Below the pieces are notes generated by a model, which had not been told where the DNA came from, did not search any database, and saw only the letters and a list, made by a program, of their open reading frames with translations. Made by a program: the position numbers and the translations under genes. Positions 55,224-64,000 of a stretch of DNA of 64,000 nt are shown here, one piece after another. The stretch is from assembly GCA_020184695.1 (NCBI GenBank), contig JAANOX010000258.1, forward strand, positions 648,676-712,675. The letters run 5' to 3'. The DNA is from Histomonas meleagridis 2922-C6/04-290x (lineage: Eukaryota > Protista > Parabasalia). Within the stretch, counting starts at the first letter, position 1. Every line of letters begins with the position of its first letter.

Positions 55224-57905
55224 ATGTCCAACCAATCGAATGGCTTGCTTGATAGATTAAAAAGAATTCAAGAGATTTTAAATTCGCCACCAAATACCAA
55301 AGCCAGCTCTACCAAAAACAAACATAGCAACACCACAAATCCACATAAAATATCATATTCACTCCAAAAAAACGAAACATCATATAATAAAAAGAACTAT
55401 AGCACCCATAATCAAAATCATTTTATACCCTCAAAAAAATTGAAATCTGATAACATCAGTTTACCAATATCACTAAACACAAAAGTTCAAACTCACAGAC
55501 ACCACAAAAGCAATGCCAAGAAACCAACACAGGTACAAAGCAAATCAGTTTATCCAAGAACCAAAAATGATAGTAAACATTTTCATGCACATGACAAAGA
55601 CTATTTTCAAGGCAAACATAGTAAACTCCAACATAAACATAGCAGTACAATGTACGATTCACATAAAAGTCCAATTGACAAAAATCATCTTTATCATAAA
55701 TCAAAATATCTAATTTCATCAGAGGAAACAGATTCATCAGATTATTTAAATATTTCATTAACATCTGATTCAGAAATTGAGTATTCCAAATCTTTTCGCA
55801 ACAAAAAAGAAAGCAAACCTTCAAACAAAAGCATCAAAAAGTTATTACTTAGCACCGATTCCTCATTTGAAAGCGACTTATACAAAGACAAAACCAAAAA
55901 GAAATCATATTTATTAAGTGAAACATCTTCTTCTTCTTCATCTGAAAGTGATATTGAACAATATTTAGAAGATGACAGTGATAGTGATGACCAAAGCTTA
56001 TCGAGTGAAATCGAAAATGAATTAAATGAAATTCTCGAGAAAACAAGGAAAAAAATGCAACAAAAGAAAAAATCTCAAAACACAAAAATCCCAATAAATA
56101 ATACAAATAATAACAAAGCAAAAACATTTATAAATGATAAAAATAAAGTATTAACTAATAAAGATAAAAACTTAAATAAAAATTATTCTTATAATATAAA
56201 TTTTGATCCCAAAAAATTACATAAAATTACACATAAACTTCTTTGTTCAGACTCTTCATCAACATTAAACTTGCAACATAATGAAAACCTAAAAAATGTT
56301 CTTCAAATTAGTCAAACATTAGAATTTCATATCAATCCAAATAATCAAAATAAAAAAATATTTATGCCCGATATATCTGAGTTAGTTTTGTCGGAATCAG
56401 ATAAAATTAATTCGGAATCAGAAATGAAAAACAATAAAAAATCCAAAGTTTCATCTGATTCGAATAAAATAAATGTTAATAATTCGAATAAAAAAGTAAA
56501 ACCAAAAAAGAAAAATATAATTATTAAAAAAGAGGAAATTGTTTCACCTGAACATGAAAAAATCGAAATTAAGAACAATGTTAAAAACATTAATAAATCA
56601 GATGAAGAAAATAATTCTGAAATCGAAATGTTAACTTCATCGAACTCAGATAAAATAATTGAAATAAACAATAAAAACGAATTTACTTCATCAGAAGCAG
56701 ATAAATCAATTAAAGAAAATGATAATTCTGATAATGATAACAATAATAAAAACGAATTTACTTCATCAGAATCAGATAAATCAATTAAAGAAAATGAAGA
56801 CAATGTTTCTGATGATAATAATAATAAAAACGAAACTGAATCAATTAAAGAAAATGATAATTCTGATAATGATAACAATAATAAAAACGAATTTATTTCA
56901 TTAGAATCAGATAAATCAATTAAAGAAAATGATAAAAATGAAATATCATCAGAAACAAATGAAAACAAAAATTTGGTTAACATAGAGAAAGAAGATTTAA
57001 TTTCGACAGATTCTGATCAAATGATTGAATTTGTAAATGTTATAAACAAAAGTAACTCATTGACATATTTAGAGCTCATTGATTCTGATAGCAGTAAATC
57101 AACTTCATCGGATAAAGAAAAACAAAATGAAAAAAATAATTTTGTTAATTTAACAATTTCTATTCCAGAAAACGACGACATATTTAAATTAACATCTCTT
57201 TCGCCTACGAATTCTCCATCTCCGACGAAAAGTATTGGAATGAACTATGAAATAACAGATAAAATAATGAAAGAAATTACACAATCGACATCAAGCCCAG
57301 AAAATGATGACGAAAATGATAAAATCGAATATAATGATAATAATGAAAAAGAAGAACAAATATCAAAAAATGAAGAAAAAGCAAAACAAATAACAAAAAT
57401 TAAAGAAAAAAATAAAAACAAAAAAGAAGAAACAGAAACAGATTTTGAGCTTGAAGAAGAAATTACTTCGTATACAAACAGCGGATTAAATGTTTATGAT
57501 GAAACAAACGAATTCGAATCCGAAAGTCTTAAAACTGATTTCGATATCAACATGAATGAGTTTATAACAAGTGACTTTAATGAAGAAGAAAAAATAATTT
57601 CAAAAATTAATAAGTTTGAAGAAGAAGAAGAAATATTAAAAACAGATTTTGATTTGGAAAACTATTTAAGTAATTTCAATGATGAAGAAGAAGAAGAAAA
57701 TGTGTTAAATAAAATGAAAATAATAAAAAATGAGTCAAATAATGAATTTGACCTCGAAAATTATTTGGATGATGACGATGAAAATAAAAAAATTCCAAAT
57801 GTTCACGTGCTGGATGAAGACGTTTCATCAAGTTCTGGCGAATTAACAAAAGATGAAATAAATACATTGCTAAATAGATTTGATGAAAGCGATTCATCAA
57901 AATAA
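55224..57905 (+). CDS. Large low-complexity S/E/N/K-rich protein with imperfect internal repeats
   Basis: 893-aa ORF; repeats such as NNKNEFTSSE(A/S)DKSIKEND around 56670-56940. Confidence 0.75.
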   Translation: MSNQSNGLLDRLKRIQEILNSPPNTKASSTKNKHSNTTNPHKISYSLQKNETSYNKKNYSTHNQNHFIPSKKLKSDNISLPISLNTKVQTHRHHKSNAKKPTQVQSKSVYPRTKNDSKHFHAHDKDYFQGKHSKLQHKHSSTMYDSHKSPIDKNHLYHKSKYLISSEETDSSDYLNISLTSDSEIEYSKSFRNKKESKPSNKSIKKLLLSTDSSFESDLYKDKTKKKSYLLSETSSSSSSESDIEQYLEDDSDSDDQSLSSEIENELNEILEKTRKKMQQKKKSQNTKIPINNTNNNKAKTFINDKNKVLTNKDKNLNKNYSYNINFDPKKLHKITHKLLCSDSSSTLNLQHNENLKNVLQISQTLEFHINPNNQNKKIFMPDISELVLSESDKINSESEMKNNKKSKVSSDSNKINVNNSNKKVKPKKKNIIIKKEEIVSPEHEKIEIKNNVKNINKSDEENNSEIEMLTSSNSDKIIEINNKNEFTSSEADKSIKENDNSDNDNNNKNEFTSSESDKSIKENEDNVSDDNNNKNETESIKENDNSDNDNNNKNEFISLESDKSIKENDKNEISSETNENKNLVNIEKEDLISTDSDQMIEFVNVINKSNSLTYLELIDSDSSKSTSSDKEKQNEKNNFVNLTISIPENDDIFKLTSLSPTNSPSPTKSIGMNYEITDKIMKEITQSTSSPENDDENDKIEYNDNNEKEEQISKNEEKAKQITKIKEKNKNKKEETETDFELEEEITSYTNSGLNVYDETNEFESESLKTDFDINMNEFITSDFNEEEKIISKINKFEEEEEILKTDFDLENYLSNFNDEEEEENVLNKMKIIKNESNNEFDLENYLDDDDENKKIPNVHVLDEDVSSSSGELTKDEINTLLNRFDESDSSK

Positions 57906-58294
57906 AAAAAATTATAAAAATGCGAAAAACAAATGAAATGTTTTCGCAGTTTTAATGTATCTTAGAATCAATAAAACATAAAATTGTTATTAAATTTTTT
58001 TCTTAAAACTAAAAGAGATAAAAACTTTAAACATCTTGAAAAATGGTAATTTTCGATATAGCATTAAGTATTATTAGATTAGGAGTTCCACAATGATTTT
58101 TGTATAATTCCAATTGGAACTTAAAAACGAAAGTTTCTTCCTAACATTAAAGAGATTAATACCATATCATTTTTAATGGCATTGAACTCCATGTATTAAT
58201 ATGTAATTATTATGTTAACATTAAATCATTGGATAAAGCAGAAACAAAATGAAAACATCATCAAACGATCATTTTCAATTCAAATGTCATCAAG

Positions 58295-60136
58295 ATGAAA
58301 AGTAACTTCGAAGAACTTTTCCAACAAAAATCAATAATAAATCAATTTACTAATCAACATATTGAAAATGTACGAATAAAAAATAAACAACTTGTTCAAG
58401 AAATCATATTTTCAGCTCGTCAATTTTTTTTTCATTATTTTGCTTATTATCCAAATTATTCATTAACCTCAAAATTTTCCATTGCAGAAATATTTGAATT
58501 TATAAGCACTCCTATTTCCCCATTTTCAGAAGTGATTCCTAATGACTTATTACCAAATATCGAAGAATGTCTTCTTTCGATTCCTCCATCTTTATTTTCA
58601 CAGAAAGTTGTTGACTACATTGCCGATAACCCTGGTGAAATTCAATTATTTGCTTTTGTTATATTCCCATCCATATTTGGATATTTCGTTTCAGAAGCAC
58701 AGTGTTCAATTGCTTTCGAGTGCATTGATAGAATTCATCAAGAATATGGGTTTTCTTATTCCAAACCATTTATTATTTCATTTTTTGCATCAGCAATTTC
58801 ATTTGCAAATGTTCTCTGGAATAAGCTCTTTAGCTTATACTCCCGTAGGCACAAACCTTCTCTTGCTAGTCTGAGTAATAATTTCATCACAGTCCTTAAA
58901 TCAACTTTTCACTTTCTTCCACCATATCATATTCAACTCATTATTAACCTCATAACAGAAAGTCGTGATTCGTTTTGTGAAATATTTTTTGATAACTTTC
59001 TTTTACCTTCTTTTTCAAGTTTTATATCTAGATCTAAACTTTCAATTCAAGAAATTAAATCTTTATTTAATTTCATCAAATCTAATTCTATTGATAAAGT
59101 TGAAGAGATCGTCTTCAACAATCAACTTTCAGCTATTAAAATGCCTTCGTTTGGAAGTTGTTATGTGATATCTCCATTTGAGCTTTATCATTTTTTTAAT
59201 GTTTGCTTTAATACACTTAATATCAAACCCTCCAAGAAGGCTTGTTTCTTCCAGTTTAGTCAACCAATCTTTGATCCCTCATCAAAAAAATTTGAAATCA
59301 TTAAAAATCACAAAAAGTCATCACTTTCTATATCAACTGCAGAAAAACGTATCATAAGTAATATTTGTGAGTTTTGCACAAAACATGGTATTGATTCTTT
59401 TAACATTTTTTCGAATGCAAATGAAAATGACACTTTTTACGACCGTTTAATGAAGAAAAAAATTAAAAAACGCTCAAAAAACTTTTTAAACTCATTTTAT
59501 CAAGTTAAAAACAACGAACTCATTGATACTAAGAACATATTTAAGTTATTCATAGAAGAACTTTTTTTTGAAGAAGATAATGAACAACTTCTTCTTCGAT
59601 TTCGATATTTGTTTCATTCATATGAGATTCGATTTCTACAAGAATCTCAAATCAAATGTTTATACACCTTAAATTTGCCATTTTTATTAAGTAATTCATT
59701 AAAAGGAAAATTTGATCGATTTGTCGAATCACTTTCAACCGAAGATTCACAAATGAAAGATTTCATACTCAATAATGAGAAATATATTTTATGGATAAAA
59801 GAAAATTTAAACAATTTAGATGACTTTACTATTGGCGAAAGAGTTTTTTGTATATGTAAAATAATAAAAATATTAAAAAATGAATGTGATTTTGAGAATT
59901 GGGCTTTTCATGTGTTTTTACATGCATTAAGCACTTCGAATTTCAATGGCTTCTTCGAGACAATGCTTACGACTATGAGATATATGAAACAGGACCCAAA
60001 TGGATTCGAGCAGTTCCATAAGTTCGCCGATGATGACTGGGTGAAGTTCACCATTTTCATAAAGAATAACGTGTTGGAGTTGTTTAATAAGGAAGAAAAA
60101 ACAAAACTTCAAACCTACTTGAATCAAAAATTGTGA
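58295..60136 (+). CDS. Hypothetical protein (613 aa)
   Basis: Long intact ORF; no motif recognised with confidence. Confidence 0.7.
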   Translation: MKSNFEELFQQKSIINQFTNQHIENVRIKNKQLVQEIIFSARQFFFHYFAYYPNYSLTSKFSIAEIFEFISTPISPFSEVIPNDLLPNIEECLLSIPPSLFSQKVVDYIADNPGEIQLFAFVIFPSIFGYFVSEAQCSIAFECIDRIHQEYGFSYSKPFIISFFASAISFANVLWNKLFSLYSRRHKPSLASLSNNFITVLKSTFHFLPPYHIQLIINLITESRDSFCEIFFDNFLLPSFSSFISRSKLSIQEIKSLFNFIKSNSIDKVEEIVFNNQLSAIKMPSFGSCYVISPFELYHFFNVCFNTLNIKPSKKACFFQFSQPIFDPSSKKFEIIKNHKKSSLSISTAEKRIISNICEFCTKHGIDSFNIFSNANENDTFYDRLMKKKIKKRSKNFLNSFYQVKNNELIDTKNIFKLFIEELFFEEDNEQLLLRFRYLFHSYEIRFLQESQIKCLYTLNLPFLLSNSLKGKFDRFVESLSTEDSQMKDFILNNEKYILWIKENLNNLDDFTIGERVFCICKIIKILKNECDFENWAFHVFLHALSTSNFNGFFETMLTTMRYMKQDPNGFEQFHKFADDDWVKFTIFIKNNVLELFNKEEKTKLQTYLNQKL

Positions 60137-60647
60137 AATACGGAAATATATATTAATAAATGTTTGTTGTTTAATAATTTATGTATTAAATGTTGAATAT
60201 GGTTGAAAATTTAATAAAGAGTTATTTGTTGGTGGACAAAAGTAAATGCCTTTCACTTAAATTATTAATATCTTATGCCTTCATTTAGGTATAATTTAAA
60301 ATCATTTTAAAAACTGTCTCCATTTTGTTTTTGACTGATAAAATATCAATAAATTATTTCTGTTAGTTTTTTATACAAAATACTCTCTTGATTTCAAATC
60401 TTGAATTTTAAAATTTTCTTTGATCATGTGTTTATCTTAATTTTTGTCTAAAATTCTATAGAATAATAAATTTATCTCGTGATTAAATCAAATTTATTAT
60501 GTTAAGCAAGAAAAAAATTGCAATCATTTTGAAACACAACAAATTTATTAAACACTCTAAAAAGAATGATGTCTCTATGAGTTCTAAAGATTAAAAGCCA
60601 AAAAAGTTTCTTAAATAGGAAATCAGAAATGAAATACAAACATGTAT

Positions 60648-61922
60648 TTAATCATAATCATCAGAAAAATCATCTAAAAAATCATCAAAGTCTTTTTTTG
60701 GCTTAAAGATTTCTTCATTTACATTATTCTGTTGTGTCCTCGTAAATTGTTTTCTTAATGACTCAAGAAGATGTTCTGGAACTTGCACTGGCTCAGATTG
60801 GAAGCCTCTGCAATCAGGATCTAGACATCGTTGGACGATCGTTCCTTTTTGTAGACTACAAACGAGATATATATGATTAGATTTATGCTCTCTTTTAATA
60901 TTTTGGCAGTATCTTGAGCCTTCTACGTACATCAAAATTGTATCAAAATCTGGATTGTAATCAGACATCTTAATATATCCAGTTGGTGCAAAACATTTTA
61001 TTGCAAAATCGTTGATGTCGTTAACAGTTATGTCACGCATTTGGCTTTGAGAGACATTAGTTGAAGCAGCTGCAACTTGTGACTTTGGTTTATCATGTGG
61101 CGTATCGTTCAAATCGGGGTACCCTATAATATGACACTTTTTGTCTACACAAGCAATCAAAGTTTTCTTGAAGAAGTCAACAGAAGAAAGTGATGGAGAC
61201 AAATTAGTGTAATCTTTTGGAACTAGAGGAAACTTATTACCATTTGCAACTTTAGTTGACCAAATACATCGAATGCATCTATTTTTGGAATAAACAGCTT
61301 CATCAACAATGCTAAACTCAGGAATTGTGAGTATTTCAGTTTTTACAAAATGACCAACGTGATAATTATTTTTAAAACAAAAATCTTTTCCACGAATAAT
61401 TAAATGCCTTGAAAACTTTTTTTGAGGATTCGTAGCATCTAAATGAATAACTTCAAACTCATCTCTTCCAAATACTTCAAAGAGCTTTTCCTCAATTACT
61501 TTTATCAAATGTTTTATAATTAAATCACCATCATAATTTGGATGTTCTTCAAAATAATACTCAATATCAAAGTAAAGATGACATGGCTTGTTCTCGGGGA
61601 TAACCTCATAAAGGTGATATTCGGGAAGATAGTTAAATAGCTTGAAAACATTTTCATATGATTCAACAAAAAATGTTCTTTGTCCATTGTCTTGAAATTC
61701 CCATGAAAAAAGACCTCGATCTTCATTAAGGAATGATGAGTAGTCTGTTGCCTTTAATGGAGTAATTGATTTTTGTTGAATTTGTTTGAGTAAATCTTTG
61801 ATATTTTCAGGAGCAAAATGTAAATGAAGAAAATTTAAACTGTCGTTATCGTGTGGAGCTTTTTCTTCTTTGATTTGTCTTGTTAATAGTGAGACGATGA
61901 ATTCGTTTTTTGTTTTCCTCAT
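60648..61922 (-). CDS. PRIMPOL: DNA-directed primase/polymerase (PrimPol, AEP family with UL52-type Zn finger)
   Basis: YEVIPENKPCHLYFDIEY (DxE), KFSRHL (SxH), IVDEAVYSKNR, and Zn finger RYCQNIKREHKSNHI...QRCLDPDC. First ATG at 61922. Confidence 0.92.
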   Translation of the reverse strand: MRKTKNEFIVSLLTRQIKEEKAPHDNDSLNFLHLHFAPENIKDLLKQIQQKSITPLKATDYSSFLNEDRGLFSWEFQDNGQRTFFVESYENVFKLFNYLPEYHLYEVIPENKPCHLYFDIEYYFEEHPNYDGDLIIKHLIKVIEEKLFEVFGRDEFEVIHLDATNPQKKFSRHLIIRGKDFCFKNNYHVGHFVKTEILTIPEFSIVDEAVYSKNRCIRCIWSTKVANGNKFPLVPKDYTNLSPSLSSVDFFKKTLIACVDKKCHIIGYPDLNDTPHDKPKSQVAAASTNVSQSQMRDITVNDINDFAIKCFAPTGYIKMSDYNPDFDTILMYVEGSRYCQNIKREHKSNHIYLVCSLQKGTIVQRCLDPDCRGFQSEPVQVPEHLLESLRKQFTRTQQNNVNEEIFKPKKDFDDFLDDFSDDYD

Positions 61923-62697
61923 TTTTCCAATATAAACGTACGAAAAAACAGTTTTTGAAATTTTCGAAAATTTTTGTTTCAAAAGCTTTTAAATATTCGA
62001 TTGATTGTAATTAAGAACTAGTTGATCTGCTTATTGTGGGCATCTGAAAAATATTACATATCACATCTTTGTTCTCAACAAAGATTTTAACAATTTCAAA
62101 GATTTAATTTTGAGGTTCCTGAACTCAAACCACAGATTCCAGATCCATAAGAAACAAAAGCTGTGTCATATAAAATAAAACAAACATATGATTTTATCAA
62201 CGAAGTGATTTGTATACAAATGTGTACATTAAAAGAATTGTTTTTAGTATGTTTTTAATCAAATTTTTGCATTTCAAAGAATTAATTACAAATTTCTACC
62301 TTCATTTTTTTAATGCGTTTGTGATTTTAATCGAATAGATTCTTGTTGATTTGCAAAACTCACTATTCCAGGTACAGGAAGAAGATGATCAATGGCTATA
62401 ATAAATTCAGAGACATAGTATCATTTTCTAATTATTATTTGTTTTAAAAAGAACTTGTTTGTTCAAAATTAATCTACATAAGTTATGTAGACACCATGGT
62501 GTAACGAATATGAGAAAAAAATAAACAAATAGTATTTGTTTTTGTATTTAATTGGCGGTGTGATCTTTAATTCAAATTTCGGCATCAAAGACCTCATAGA
62601 ATATTTTGAATTAATGCATTGAGATGATTCTTTCAGAAAAAGTGGACCATCTAGAGGGATCCCTCAGCTGCCCAGACGTCAGTTTATATTTTTTTAT

Positions 62698-63987
62698 ATG
62701 ATTATTCAAAGAAGGAGTATAAAGCCAAAGAATAATTACTTTATTTTTGATATTGAAGAGGACCAAGATCGAAAAGAAGTAACGAGTGCATCATTAGGAA
62801 GTACCAATGTTATGTTACATAGAATGCATCGAATTTCTTCTGCTGATGGATGGGATGTTTTTAAGCTTCTCAATTTTCTTTCTTATTTTCCTGCTGATTT
62901 TTCATCAGAGAAAGTTCAAAGAACGACCAAAGATGGTTCTAACAAAGTTATTAAAATTAGAAAAGAAAATGTGATTTACTTTGAAGTTTATGTAACAAAT
63001 GGACTTGAAAAGCAAGCAGTATTTCTAATAAATTGGGTTAATTGGATTGAACGAAATGGTTTTCATAATTGTGTAAAAAAATTAAAATGGTCCTTTGAAA
63101 AATATACTCATCATCCTTTATTAATATTTGCAAAATATTTTGCACATACTGATAGAGCACCTTGTTATATTTTTCATGCTGTTTTTAAAGGATTATTCAA
63201 AAGGCCTGGAAGATATGATAAAGATCTTGCAGAAGAAACTGTAGAAGGAAAATTACAAAATATAGCAAAATCTTTACCAGGGTATGTTGAAATTGTTCTT
63301 CAAGATTATGTAGAAGGTGGATTCATTGTTGAAGATGGAAAAGTACTTCAAAGATTCACATGGGTTTATTCATGGGTTGAAAATAGAATCAAACAAACTC
63401 ATTATATCGAATTAGATGCATCCTTCAAGGCCACGAAGCCTTACTGTTATTGTTGCATCAATAGTATTCGGAACAATGAATCGGTTCCAATAGCTTTATT
63501 AATTGAAATGAAAGAAAATTCAAATCTTTACGAAAATGTTTACTGTAGTATTGAGTCATTTGGAATTAGTTCTGAATAATTAAATTCCATTCCAATTTTG
63601 TCAGATATGGGAAAAGGAATCATAAAATTTTCAAAAAAAAGAAATTTAACACATTTCTTATGTCATCGACATATTCTTGAAGTTTTTGGCAATCCAATTT
63701 TAAGGAACTGGGTACTCAGATTGCTTGAATGTGTCAAAGAAGAACAATATATTCGACTTTGCCCTCAAATTTCAGAAGAAATTTCGATTTGGTGCAGTCA
63801 ATTGGAAACTGAATCAATACCAGAAAAAATTAACTTAATATATGAGATGCTTGACATCAATTCATTTCATTTACAATATAATGTGAAAAAATGGGCCTTA
63901 TGGGAAAGAATCGGATTTCATGTAGGTCGCTGCACGAATCACAGTGAATCCTTTCATCATGTAATTAATTCACATTGTTTCATTTGA
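62698..63987 (+). mobile_element. Mutator-like (MULE) DDE transposase pseudogene
   Basis: IELDASFK (D1), ILSDMGKG (D2), LCHRH (CxxH) and TNHSESFH (E). One in-frame TAA at 63577-63579 splits the two track ORFs; the upstream ~62.1-62.7 kb looks like a decayed N-terminus. Confidence 0.85.
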
Positions 63988-64000
63988 CACACACACACAC
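63987..64000 (+). repeat. (AC)7 run at the window edge, possibly the terminus of another Maverick-like element
   Basis: Same dinucleotide run as the element ends at 28336 and 47697; cut off by the window end. Confidence 0.55.

Noticed and set aside
1-64000. Stop-codon reassignment explaining the broken ORFs
   Set aside because: Conserved genes (H3, RPL8, SCS-beta, ATPase) end at the expected place with TAA, and the breaks are frameshifts rather than isolated in-frame stops.

Overview
AT-rich eukaryotic DNA from a parabasalid (trichomonad-like) protist. Support: a hydrogenosomal succinyl-CoA synthetase beta with an MLS...R presequence, a BspA-like LRR gene, DUF3447-type ankyrin genes, a trichomonad-type histone H3 and Maverick/Polinton-like elements. 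Gene-dense blocks at 1-25 kb and 50-62 kb flank a ~22-kb viral-transposon region. Main finding: in two ankyrin genes (8146->4144 and 15965->13533, minus strand) every ankyrin beta-hairpin is interrupted by AT-rich inserts of exactly 17 nt, consensus about RTTTA...ATTT, with no GT-AG. Usually four inserts separate single codons (D|17|x|17|x|17|G|17|x-T-A-L). Removing them rebuilds canonical ankyrin repeats (e.g. NAKD-R-Y-G-NTAL, NAKD-N-N-G-WTAL, NAKD-K-N-G-ITAI) at all 21 junctions, with one 18-nt exception; I count about 78 inserts by hand. This points to an undescribed fixed-length micro-intron, bypass or DNA-excision system. Second finding: a 19.4-kb Maverick-like element (28336-47697) with (AC)n ends and a 5-bp AAAGC target-site duplication. 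It is almost entirely a fold-back of two ~8.5-9 kb inverted arms, lacks recognisable pPolB, integrase and major capsid genes, and is inserted into the homologous gene of an older relative. All alignments and counts were made by eye; no database search was run.
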